Shown here: piece after piece, positions 27,920 through 37,952 of the stretch | How the letters are laid out: each line of letters opens with the position of its first letter | Numbering within the stretch: position 1 is the first letter of the stretch | DNA from: an uncultured Gemmatimonadales bacterium | GTDB lineage: Bacteria > Gemmatimonadota > Gemmatimonadetes > Gemmatimonadales > GWC2-71-9 | Assembly: GCA_963728915.1 (NCBI GenBank) | Contig: CAVSLV010000002.1 | Span: 64,001-128,000, forward strand | Length of the DNA stretch: 64,000 bases | Direction of reading: 5' to 3' | Notes under the pieces: model-generated | What the model saw: only the letters and a program-made list of their open reading frames with translations | The model's database searches: none | Told to the model about the DNA's origin: nothing | Position numbers and translations under genes: made by a program

Positions 27920-30773
27920 TCATCGGACCACGAGCGCCGCGAGGCGCTTCTCGATCTCGTCTTTGGGCAGCCAGCGCCCACCGATCACTACGCCTTCGCG
28001 CTTCCCGACGTTGTGGATGTCGGCGAGGGGGTTCCCCGCCAGGAGCACCAGGTCGGCCCGTTTGCCCACCGCGATGGTGCCCGCTTCGGCCTCGTTGCCG
28101 AGGAATCGCGCCACGTTGATGGTTCCGGTCGCGAGGGCCTGGTAGGGCGTCAAACCGGCGGTCACGTACGCGGCAAGCTCCCGCGACAACGAAAATCCCG
28201 GGGCGTTGAAGAGCTGGGGTGAATCGGAACCCAGGACGATCGGGACCCCCGCGGTCTGCATTGCCTTGATGATCTTGCGCCGGAGCACCAGGAACCGCTG
28301 CCGGCTCGCCATGCTGAGGGTGGTGTCGCCCCGGATTTGCCGCGCCTGACTCACCCACCCGTTGGCCATTGACCGGGGCACATACAGCAGCTCGGGCCGG
28401 TCATAGAGCGCTTCGATGGTCTCGTTCCCCATCACCGATTCGAAAAACCCCTGGGTCGGCACCATCCAGGTTCCCGCCGCCTTTGTTTCCGCGACGAGCG
28501 CCGGCAGCCGCGATTCATCCAGGCTGTCGATCAGGGGCAGCCCGAAGAACCCGTCGTCTTTCGGAGTCTTGGGCGGGTTGAGCGCGAGAGCTTCCACATA
28601 CCCGTCAAGATGGTCGATGCTCCAGTAGCGGGCTTCCAGCGCCCGGTGCAGTCCCACATCGAGGGGCACGTGCCCCGCGAACCGGATGCCGAGCCGGTCG
28701 GCGTTGGCCGCCATGGAGTCGAACGCTTCGCGCGGCACTCCGGGATGGATCTTCAGGAAATCGTAGCCCAGCTTCTGCTCGGCGATCACCATCCGCGCTG
28801 CCGAATCGGCGTTGGGCACACTGCTGTTGCTGAAGGACGGCCCCGAAGTCCAGATCCGGGGGCTCAGGATCTCGCCCCGGTTGGCCCGGTCACGGAACTC
28901 GAGATGTTTGGGGATGCCCAGCATTCCCCGCACCGTGGTCACGCCGTTCAGGGCCCAGAGCTCCAGGGTCCGGGCAATCTCCGAATCGCTCGCGGCGCCG
29001 GGCGGGATATGGGCGTGCATCTCCCCTAACCCGGGGATGAGATACTTTCCCGCCCCGTTCACCGGTACGGCACCGGCCGGGATCTTCACCGAGCCCGCCG
29101 GGCCCATCGCGGCAATCCGGCCGCCCTGCACCACCACCGTCTGCCGGGGGAGCACCCGCATCCGGTCCATCGGGATCACGTTCACGTTCTGAAACACCAC
29201 TGGCGCCTGCTGCACCACGTGGCGGATCACCCGGCCGCCCCGCGCCGAGGTGAACTTCCCGCTGTCCACCTCGATCTGTCCGTTCACCAGCACGTAGTCG
29301 ATCCCCACCGGGTACTGGTGCGGCTGCTGGTAGGTCGCCTTGTCGGCGACGGTGGCGGGATCGAAGACGACGAGGTCGGCCATGAGGCCCGTCGCGATCT
29401 TCCCGCGGTCCGCGAGCCCGAGTCGGGCCGCGGGCAGCGACGTCATCTTGCGCACCGCATCGGGCAGGGTGAGCACCTTGCGTTCGCGAACGTAGCGGCC
29501 CAGCACTCGCGGGAAGGTGCCGTAGTTCCGGGGATGGGGCACCGTGTTGCCGGGCCGTGACAGGGCGCCATCCGAAGCGATCGAGGTCCAGCGGTATTTC
29601 ATGATCCGCTCGACATCGCCCTCGTCCATGACGTGGTACACCATGCTGGCGCCGCCCTTCTGCACTCCTTCAATCACCAGCGGCACCGCGCCCTGGGTGG
29701 TGGGCGGCACCCCCCGCTCCACCGCCCAGTCGTAGAGGGTCTTCCCGTTGAGGTCGGGCTTCCAGCTCACGCTGGCGAACTGCACCCGCTTGAGATCGCC
29801 ACCGCCCCGGTCGTTCTCGAGTATGTCCACGATGCCCTTCTCGATGCTGTCCCGGAGCACCGGGTCCTTGAGCCGCCGCGAGAAGGCGCTGTCGCCGTCG
29901 GCCATGGCCCAGGCGGGAACCAGAACGTTGAAACTGGTGGAGCTGGCGTCGTAGGGATATTCATCGGTGGTGACGTCGAGACCCGCGGCGCGGGCGGAAT
30001 CCACCATGGCGAGGGTCTTGACGCTGGCGCCCCACATCGCCTTCCCGATCACCTTGTGGTGGGTCAACACGACCGGAATGTGCGCTTCCCGCGCAATGCG
30101 GATCGCCTCGCCCACCCCATCGAGCACCCCGATGCCCTCCTTGCGGAGGTGGGAGGTGTAGAACCCGCCGGAGTCCGCCGCAACCCGCGACACCGCGATC
30201 ACTTCCTCGGTGGTGGCGTAGGTCTGCGGGACATAGAAAAGGCCGGTGGAAATCCCGAAGGCTCCCTCGTGCATCGCCTCGCCCACCATGCGCTGCATCC
30301 GGGCCAGTTCTTTTTCGTTAGGCGCCCGATCGCTCCTGCCCAGCACATCCTGCCGGATGGTCCCGAAGCCGACCAGAAACGGCGCGTTGATGCCGAGGGG
30401 AAGCTTTTCGACTTTGGCGAGATAGTCGCCGAAGGGATACGGCCCGCCGCCGTCCGGCCCGCCCAGCGCGGTGGTCACGCCCTGGCGCACCCGGCTCTCC
30501 GCGTCCGGCATCTGGAGGATGGCTTCGTTGTGGGCATGGAGATCGATGAACCCCGGCGAGACCACCCGGTTCCGCGCGTCAATGACTCGCGCGGCGCTCC
30601 CCGGCGGAATAGGGCGTCCGCGACACCAGGACGATGCGATCGCCCTTGATGGCAAGGTCGGCGCGAAACGCCGGCGCGCCGGTCCCATCGAGAATCATCC
30701 CGCCCAGAATGACCACATCGTAGCGGGGCGCCGGTTGCTGGAAGAGCAGGAACAATGCGAGGAACGGCCACAT
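27920..30773 (-). CDS. Tandem amidohydrolase: N-acyl-D-amino-acid deacylase domain fused to a second amidohydrolase domain; frameshift near 30600
   Basis: PGFIDLHAH, YTSHLR, HPRNYGTFPRVLG; then in frame PGLGEMHAH, FAGHVP, SIDHLDG, LGSDSPQ. The signal peptide and first strands are in the frame starting at 30773. Confidence 0.85.
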
Positions 30774-30803
30774 GGGTGCGGGCTCCAGAAGAGTGCGCAG
30801 AAG

Positions 30804-31787
30804 CTACAGGAGGTCGTTGCCCCGGGCCAGATGCTCGGCGAAGCGCGAGGGGGAGATGTTGGTCCCGCAGACGATCAGACCGACTTTCCTGCCCCGCAGC
30901 CGCTCCCGGAGTGGTCCGAGCAACCCGGCGGTAGCGGCGGCACCGGCCGGCTCGACCGCGAGCTTGGCACTCCGGAAGAGGAGGGCCAGCGCCTCCCGCA
31001 TGGCGTCGTCGCTCACCAGGACCAGGTCGGTGAGGCCGCGCCGGCAGAGATCCAGACTGTAGGGCAGGGTGTAGGGCGGACTCAGGCTGTCGGCGATGGT
31101 GCGAGCCCCGCCTTCCGGTACCCGCTCCGGTTGCCCCGAGCGGAGGCTCCGCCACATCACGTCGTTCCCCTCCGGTTCGACTCCATACACTTCGCATCGG
31201 GGCGCGAGCAGCCGGATCGCGGTCGCCACGCCGGCGGCAAGACCTCCACCACCCACCGGCACGATCACGGCATCGAGGTCGGGCACCTGCCGGATCAGCT
31301 CGCGGCCCAGGGTCGCAGTGCCCAGCGCGGTCCTGGGGCCTTCGAAGGGGTGCACGAAGCTCCGGCCCTCCTCCCGCTCGATCCGCTCGGCCTCGGCAAA
31401 TGCCTGGTGCACATCCTCGACCAGCACCGGCAGGGCACCTAACCCGCGGCATCGCTCCACCCGGAAGGGATCCGCGCTCTTCGGCATCACCACCTTGGCG
31501 CTCGCGCCCAGCACCCGCGCCGCCCACGACACCGCGATCGCGTGGTTGCCGGCACTCACCGCGGTGACCCCGCGGTCCAGGGCGGCACGGTCGAGACCCT
31601 GCATGACCGAGAGCGCGCCCCGCGCCTTGAAGCTCCCGGCGTGCTGCCACAGCTCGAGCTTCAGGACCGGTTCGGCGCCGGTGCGCCGGACAATGATTTC
31701 GTCCGGAAAGGACCAGACCGGGGTTTCCCGGATGTGTGGCGCAAGATCGGTCGCAGTGGCCTCGATCTCGGCGATGGAAAGGGTCAT
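30804..31787 (-). CDS. PLP-dependent threonine/serine dehydratase (racemase-like)
   Basis: KLELWQHAGSFKARG, SAGNHA, VPVGGGGL, EPAGA. Confidence 0.9.
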   Translation of the reverse strand: MTLSIAEIEATATDLAPHIRETPVWSFPDEIIVRRTGAEPVLKLELWQHAGSFKARGALSVMQGLDRAALDRGVTAVSAGNHAIAVSWAARVLGASAKVVMPKSADPFRVERCRGLGALPVLVEDVHQAFAEAERIEREEGRSFVHPFEGPRTALGTATLGRELIRQVPDLDAVIVPVGGGGLAAGVATAIRLLAPRCEVYGVEPEGNDVMWRSLRSGQPERVPEGGARTIADSLSPPYTLPYSLDLCRRGLTDLVLVSDDAMREALALLFRSAKLAVEPAGAAATAGLLGPLRERLRGRKVGLIVCGTNISPSRFAEHLARGNDLL

Positions 31788-31852
31788 GTGTCCGCTGGCT
31801 CTTTCGCGCTCGTCAGACAATGAGGAACGAGATTAACCAGGAGGAGGGTTCC

Positions 31853-32212
31853 ATGCGACTGAAGTCTTTGGCTCTGCTGGCCGGTCTCGCGGGGTTCACC
31901 GCAACGGGCTGCTACAAAAACCGGGTCGAGGAGGGAATGCTCGCGGAAGAAACCGCGACGGTCCGGGTGGAGAACGACAACGTCTCCAGCATGCGGGTGT
32001 CGGTGGTCCGGGCGCCGAGCGGAACCGAGTATCGGCTGGGAACCGCGACGGGCATGACGTCGACCGATTTCCAGATTCCCCGCAGTCTCCTGAATGGGGT
32101 CAGCGAGCTCACCTTCGAGATCACCCCGTTGAGCGGTGGTCAGGCCCGGTTTTCCCGGACGATCACCATCAGCCCGGGCGAAGAGCTGATTCTGCGAATA
32201 CCGCCCATCTAG
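31853..32212 (+). CDS. Hypothetical lipoprotein
   Basis: GGAGG RBS; signal MRLKSLALLAGLAGFTATGC. Confidence 0.7.
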   Translation: MRLKSLALLAGLAGFTATGCYKNRVEEGMLAEETATVRVENDNVSSMRVSVVRAPSGTEYRLGTATGMTSTDFQIPRSLLNGVSELTFEITPLSGGQARFSRTITISPGEELILRIPPI

Positions 32213-33135
32213 AAGACCTGAGGATCGACGTTCCCGCCGCAGAGGATTACGAGAGCCCTGCGGCGCGGAACGCCGCCTCGCAGGTAGCCCGCCAGCGCCA
32301 CTCCGGCGGCCCCTTCCACCAGGAAACCGTGGGCATCCCGGACCTGTCGCATCGCCGTGAGGATTTCCTCCTCGGTGACGGTCACGAAGTCGTCGGCGAG
32401 GGCTTTGCATAGTGGAAAAGTGATCGCACCGGGCTCCATCCCGCCGGCGGTGCCGTCCGAAAGCGTGGGCGCCGATTCCATTTCGAGAATCTCTCCGGCC
32501 CGGACTGAAGCGATCATGACCGCGGAGTTTTCCGGGGAACACCCGATCACCTGAACGCCGGGCCACACCGCTTTGAGGTGCGCCGCAATCCCGGCGAGCA
32601 GGCCCCCACCGCCCAGGGCGACGTACACCTCTTCCACGGGGTCGGTCTGCCGCGCCAGCTCGACTCCGATGGTTCCCTGCCCGCCGATGACCAGGAGATC
32701 GTTGTAGGGAGAGACGTAGGGAATCCCCAGCCGTTCTCCTTCCTGCCGGGCAAACACTTCGGCCCCACCCGAGTCGGTGCCGTGCTCCTCGATTGTTCCA
32801 CCCAGCGAGGCGATGATCGCGAGTTTCCCCGGGCTGGCTCCGCGCGACACCACGATCCGCGCCGGGATGCCCACGTGACGTGCCGCATAAGCCACCGCTG
32901 CTCCGTGATTGCCGGTGGACGCGGTGATCACGCCCGCTGCGCGGGCGCCCGGGTCGAGCGAAAGAACCTTGCTGAGCGCGCCGCGGGCCTTGAAGGAACC
33001 GGTATGCTGACGATTCTCGAGCTTGAGCAGCGGACCGATCGGAGAGGGAATCAGCGGCGTCTCGAGGACCCAGGGACGGATCCGTTCCTCCGCGGCGAGA
33101 ATGTCGCTGCGGACCCGCTCGATCGTGATGTCCAT
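32209..33135 (-). CDS. Second PLP-dependent threonine/serine dehydratase
   Basis: KLENRQHTGSFKARG, STGNHG, LGGGGL, ILCGGNVD. Confidence 0.9.
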   Translation of the reverse strand: MDITIERVRSDILAAEERIRPWVLETPLIPSPIGPLLKLENRQHTGSFKARGALSKVLSLDPGARAAGVITASTGNHGAAVAYAARHVGIPARIVVSRGASPGKLAIIASLGGTIEEHGTDSGGAEVFARQEGERLGIPYVSPYNDLLVIGGQGTIGVELARQTDPVEEVYVALGGGGLLAGIAAHLKAVWPGVQVIGCSPENSAVMIASVRAGEILEMESAPTLSDGTAGGMEPGAITFPLCKALADDFVTVTEEEILTAMRQVRDAHGFLVEGAAGVALAGYLRGGVPRRRALVILCGGNVDPQVF

Positions 33136-33152
33136 CGGTTGGAAAGAAGGAG

Positions 33153-34154
33153 CTACGAGGGCCGGCGGAGAGTGCGAAGGTGGCGGAAGCCCACCATGCG
33201 ACCGCTTTCTTCGTCCCACAACTTGAGCCGGAGGGTCTTGATGCTCTCCCACACCGTCAGGGTCGTTGCCCGCTGCAGCTCGGGGTTTTCCCGGTGGCAC
33301 CGCTCCAGGCTGTAGTTGGGGATGCGCGGACTCAAATGATGCACGTGGTGAAATCCGATATTGCCGGTAAACCACTGGAACACCCGGGGGAGCCGGAAAT
33401 AGGAGCTGCCCCTCACGGCGGCCGTGGCGTAGTCCCAGTCGCCACCACCCCGCCAGTAGGTGTCCTCGAACTGGTGCTGGACATAGAAGAGCCACACGCC
33501 GGTCGTGCCGGAGATGACCAGGATCGGAATCCAGATCATCATGAATTCCCGGAAACCGATGAGCAGGGACAGCGAGGTGATCAGCGCCGCCAGCGCCAGG
33601 TTGGTGCTGAAGACGTTGATGATCTCGCGCTTCCCGGCGAAGCTGGGCGAGGGCCAGCGATGCTTGATGAACAGATAGGCCGGGCCGAAGCCGAGCAGCG
33701 TGAGCGGGTTACGGTACAGCCGGTAGCGGAGCCGGCGCCACCGGCTGAGCCCGAGATATTCCTTCACCGTGAGCGTGCTGATGTCTCCGGTGCCCCGCTC
33801 CTCGAGGTGTCCCGAGGTGGCGTGATGGATGGCGTGCTCCCGGCGCCAGTGCGAATAGGGGACCGCGGTCAGAACGCCGGTCACCCATCCCACGATGTCA
33901 TTCCAGTGGCGCGAAGGCAGGAACGAGCCGTGCCCGCAGTCGTGCATGATGATGAAGGTGCGAATCGCGAGCCCCGCGGCCGGGATGGCCAGCGCCAGCG
34001 TGAGCCAGTAGCTCACGCGGAGGCTCCAGTACATCAGCGCGAAGACGCCGATCAGCGGGAGAATGGTGGTCACCAGCTGCCAGACCGCGCGACGCACGCT
34101 CGGCACCTGGTACCGGGCCACAATGTCCTTCCAGGATGTTGATCGAGAATTCAC
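33153..34154 (-). CDS. Membrane fatty acid desaturase (Bacillus Des-like)
   Basis: His boxes HDCGH, HAIHH, QH and HHVHH; IPNY motif. Confidence 0.92.
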   Translation of the reverse strand: MNSRSTSWKDIVARYQVPSVRRAVWQLVTTILPLIGVFALMYWSLRVSYWLTLALAIPAAGLAIRTFIIMHDCGHGSFLPSRHWNDIVGWVTGVLTAVPYSHWRREHAIHHATSGHLEERGTGDISTLTVKEYLGLSRWRRLRYRLYRNPLTLLGFGPAYLFIKHRWPSPSFAGKREIINVFSTNLALAALITSLSLLIGFREFMMIWIPILVISGTTGVWLFYVQHQFEDTYWRGGGDWDYATAAVRGSSYFRLPRVFQWFTGNIGFHHVHHLSPRIPNYSLERCHRENPELQRATTLTVWESIKTLRLKLWDEESGRMVGFRHLRTLRRPS

Positions 34155-34208
34155 TCCTTAAAATAGCCATTCCGGGCCCCAGTTGCGATGCCCGGATATG
34201 ATTGTGAC

Positions 34209-35130
34209 ATGAATTTGAGATCAGGGGGCATCTGGGCCGGGCTCGCCGCGGGCAGCCGCCGGGCTGGGGCTTCCGCTGGCCGCTTCCGCCGCGCAGGACG
34301 CTCCGACGGTGCGCCGAGACTCGGTGGAATGGACCGACTCCATGACAACCCGGGCGATCGTCTGGTCCCCGGCGGGCACCGGACCATTCCCCACCCTCCT
34401 GTTCTCTCCGGGCTACGGCCAGAAGCCAGCTGCCTATTCGACGCTGCTGCGGGACTGGGCCCGTCACGGCTTTCTGGTGATCGCGATTCAACACCCCGAC
34501 TTCCCCGATCCCGATAACGTCGAGCTGTACGACGCGGAGCTCGTCATCGCGCGGCAACTGAGCAAGGTGCTCACACAGGTCCTGCACGAGCAGACCGGAC
34601 AATCGACTCCATTCGCGCGGATCGACCCCACCCGGGTGGGAGTGATCGGGCACTCCATTGGAGGCGGGGCGGCGGCACAGGTCTGCGCGTGGGATACCCG
34701 GTTCCGCGCCGGCATGAATCTCGACGGAACCATCTTTGGTCCGGTGATTCACACCGGCATGACCCAGCCGTTCTTTCTGGTCCGGCAGCGAGTGGACGTC
34801 CGCCCCAATGACCCGCCCCACTTCTACGAAAACCGCGATCAGGCCAACCTCCATGAGGATTCGGTCTTCTCCCACAGCCCCACGATGTACTGGCTCACGG
34901 TCGAAGGACTCGATCACATGGCGTTCACCGACGCGGCGCTTGCTCCGGGGGTGGGAGCGCGGGTGCAGTCCGCGGTCGGTCTCCGCCAAAGCGCCGAGGA
35001 GACTCAGGCGATGACCACCCGCTACGTCCTGGATTTCTTCGGACACTACCTGAACGGCGACCCGCGACCCGGGAGCTTCAACGCGTCGCCATTCGCGCGA
35101 ACCAGTCTGCGGCGAAAACCCGCGGGCTGA
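34209..35130 (+). CDS. Secreted alpha/beta hydrolase (PAF-acetylhydrolase/chlorophyllase-like); probable frameshift in the signal region
   Basis: LFSPGYG, GHSIGG, NLDG, HMAFTD. The ATG at 34209 is out of frame with the body (ORF 34309-35130). Confidence 0.75.
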
Positions 35131-35156
35131 ATTGCGCGAAGGTTTATCTTGGGAAG

Positions 35157-36065
35157 ATGTCCATCCGGCCCGTTCGCCAGGTGATCGAATCGCAGCCAAC
35201 CCTCGAAGGAGCCGGAGTTCATCTGCGCCGGGCCTTCGGATTCGGCAAGAGCAACGAATTCGATCCCTTCCTCCTGCTGGACGATTTTCGGAACGAGCGC
35301 CCCGAGGACTACAAGGCCGGATTTCCCTGGCATCCCCATCGCGGCATCGAGACGATCACCTACGTGCTCGCCGGCACGGTGGAGCACGCCGACAGTCTGG
35401 GCAACAGCGGAGTGATCGCGGCGGGAGACGTGCAGTGGATGACCGCGGGGCGCGGCATCATCCACCAGGAAATGCCGGAAGGAGACGACGGGGGCCGGAT
35501 GCATGGCTTCCAGCTCTGGGCCAATCTCCCATCCGCGCTCAAGATGACGGAGCCTCGGTACCAGGAGATCAAGGCGCCCGAGGTGCCCGTCGTGGTGGAC
35601 GACGACGGCACCGAAGTTCGCGTCGTCTCGGGTGAATTCTGGGGAAAGCGCGGTCCGGTGGAAGGAATCGCCGCCGACCCGGTCTATGCCGACATCTGGG
35701 TGCCACCCGGCAAACGAAAGACGTTACCGGTCGCGACCACCCGCAATGCATTCGCCTATGTCTTTCAGGGCGGCGGCAAGTTCGCGAATGCCTCGGAGCC
35801 GCGGGGGGTGATGACCGAAGGTCCCGACCAGATCGCCCGGCTGGTGCAGCCCACCGACGCCCAGAACCGGTCGCTCATCCTGTTCGATCGCGGGGATGAG
35901 ATCGTGGTCCAGGCCGGCGAAGAAGGCATCCGCTTCCTGCTGGTCTCCGGTGAGCCGCTCAAGGAGCCGGTGGCGTGGTGGGGCCCGATCGTGATGAACA
36001 CCCGGGACCAGCTCGACCAGGCCATCCGCGAGTTGCGCGAAGGAACCTTCCTCAACACCAAGTAG
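35157..36065 (+). CDS. Pirin-family protein
   Basis: DPFLLLD, HPHRGIETITY, QWMTAGRGIIHQE, FQLWANLP, GPIVMNT. Confidence 0.95.
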   Translation: MSIRPVRQVIESQPTLEGAGVHLRRAFGFGKSNEFDPFLLLDDFRNERPEDYKAGFPWHPHRGIETITYVLAGTVEHADSLGNSGVIAAGDVQWMTAGRGIIHQEMPEGDDGGRMHGFQLWANLPSALKMTEPRYQEIKAPEVPVVVDDDGTEVRVVSGEFWGKRGPVEGIAADPVYADIWVPPGKRKTLPVATTRNAFAYVFQGGGKFANASEPRGVMTEGPDQIARLVQPTDAQNRSLILFDRGDEIVVQAGEEGIRFLLVSGEPLKEPVAWWGPIVMNTRDQLDQAIRELREGTFLNTK

Positions 36066-36107
36066 GACTTTCCCGGTCCGGCACGAACATTGAATCGAGT
36101 GGACGCC

Positions 36108-36367
36108 ATGCTGCGATCCGCTCGCGTGTTAGTGGCGCTCTGTCTGCTGGGCTGCCGAGGAGCGAACGGGGAACCGCCGTCGCCGCGGGGCAGCCGCTGG
36201 GCCGGCACATCGGCAATCAGACCATGTCGGATATCGCCATGGCGGTGAACACCCCGCGGGGTACCAAGCTGGTGAGACTGGTTCGAGGCGACCCGCTCCA
36301 GTGCAGCGGGGAGACCTTCGGGACGGTGGGCACCCTGGAAAACTGGACGACGCTGTCCGGCAATTAA
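36108..36367 (+). CDS. Possible small lipoprotein (frameshifted)
   Basis: MLRSARVLVALCLLGC lipobox-like start; continuation in another frame ending at TAA 36367. Confidence 0.3.
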
Positions 36368-37077
36368 CCCGGGAACCAGGCCAGCGCCGCGATCCACTCC
36401 CCCGCCACGATCACCCGGACCCGGCACCCGGTCTCTTTCCCGTCCGGCGCCGAGGGCAACCGCACCGCGAACTCGCTCGAGCCGGAGGACAACGGTTCGA
36501 CCTGCACCTGGTGAAGCGGGACGCCCAATCCGGTTCTGGTCAGCTTGACCGCGGCTTCCTTCACCGTCCAGATCCGCAGCAAGGCCTCGGTGCGCCGGGC
36601 CCCTGCCGGCCATCGCTCGAGCAGGGACTGCTCCCGCGGAGTGCACGCCAGGGTGGCCAGGCCGGGATCGATCGTCCCGATGGGCTCAAGATCGAGGCCC
36701 AAGGGCCGGTCCAGGGGAAAGGCCACTGCGGCGGCCAGGCCACCGGCATGGGTGATCGACACTCCGAAGCTGACCGAAGAACCGGAAGCCGTGCTCACCA
36801 CCGGCTCGCCGGAGGACCCCGTCGTGACCGTGAAATCTTCCGGCCCCCGATGTTCGGCGAGCGCGTCGAGGAGTGCGAGCTTCGCGGCCGCGCGGCCAGC
36901 GGTCCACTCTTCCTTGCGTTTCGGGAAGCGGAACCCGCCGGCGCGCTGGCGCTCGGCGATCGAAAGCAGCCCGTCCTCCCCGGCCTGGACCGGAACCACG
37001 GCGACCCGCGCGGTGGGATCGGGCAGCGCCGCGCTCAGGGCGTGCGCCAGCGCGGGTATGGCTTCGAGCGGGCTCAC
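36364..37077 (-). CDS. Sfp-type 4'-phosphopantetheinyl transferase
   Basis: GRAAAK, VSITHAG, LGLDLE, WTVKEAAVK. GTGA overlap with the fabI-like stop. Confidence 0.9.
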   Translation of the reverse strand: MSPLEAIPALAHALSAALPDPTARVAVVPVQAGEDGLLSIAERQRAGGFRFPKRKEEWTAGRAAAKLALLDALAEHRGPEDFTVTTGSSGEPVVSTASGSSVSFGVSITHAGGLAAAVAFPLDRPLGLDLEPIGTIDPGLATLACTPREQSLLERWPAGARRTEALLRIWTVKEAAVKLTRTGLGVPLHQVQVEPLSSGSSEFAVRLPSAPDGKETGCRVRVIVAGEWIAALAWFPG

Positions 37078-37952
37078 AAAAAGAGCGAGCTGGAGAGACC
37101 GCAGTCGACCCGGATGACCTGCCCGGTGATCTTCCGCGCGTAATCGCTGGCGAGAAAGAGCGCGCATCCCGCCACGTCTTCCTGGGTAATGGTGTCCGGG
37201 ATGGCGCACCGGTGCGTGGTGGCCTGCTCGAACCGCTTCCATGCATTCGAGGCCGAGGCGACCTCATCGCCCGGAGTCACCGAAGGATCGTGGGCCGCCT
37301 GGTCCAGCGCCTCGGCCAGCGCCGAGCCTTCGGTCCGCGCGCTGGCCGCCACGGCCCGGATGATGGATATCGCCGCGAGGGTCTCGATCGGCCCCGGCGA
37401 AATGGCGTTCACCCGGATCCGCCGGGGACCCAGCTCGATCGCCAGATAGCGAACCATCGCCTCGAGCGCGGCCTTGGCCACCCCCATCATGCCGTACATC
37501 GGCACCGCGCGCTCGGCCGCCTGGAACGAGAGGGTCTGCACGTTGCCACCGTCCCGAAGCACCGCCGAGGCCTGGTGCACCACCGAGCCGAGCGAGTGGC
37601 TCGACACGGCCAGGGTCTCCGCGAATGCGGCGCGAGAGACAGCGGACACCGGATTGGAGAAGATCTCCGGGGGCCCGAACGCCACCGCGTGCACCAGGGT
37701 ATCGATGGGATCGCCGGCGAAGCGCGCGAAGAAGTTGCGCACCTCGTCGTCGACCAAGACATCGCACCGGTCGCCGGTGATGTCGGGGTTGTCCCGCAAT
37801 AGCAGGCGGACCCGGCTGAAGAATCGCTGCTGATAGCCGATGAATACCCGGGCGCCCTGGGCCTGAAAGGCCTTCGCGATCGCCCACGCTATGCTCGCTT
37901 CGTCGGCCACCCCGAGCACGGCGATCCGGCGACCGGTCAGCCCGAAGCTCAT
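37074..37952 (-). CDS. fabI: FabI-like enoyl-ACP reductase
   Basis: GVADEASIAWAIA, YGMMGVAKAALE (Y-X6-K), RVNAISPGPIET, ITGQVIRVDCG. Confidence 0.85.
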   Translation of the reverse strand: MSFGLTGRRIAVLGVADEASIAWAIAKAFQAQGARVFIGYQQRFFSRVRLLLRDNPDITGDRCDVLVDDEVRNFFARFAGDPIDTLVHAVAFGPPEIFSNPVSAVSRAAFAETLAVSSHSLGSVVHQASAVLRDGGNVQTLSFQAAERAVPMYGMMGVAKAALEAMVRYLAIELGPRRIRVNAISPGPIETLAAISIIRAVAASARTEGSALAEALDQAAHDPSVTPGDEVASASNAWKRFEQATTHRCAIPDTITQEDVAGCALFLASDYARKITGQVIRVDCGLSSSLFL

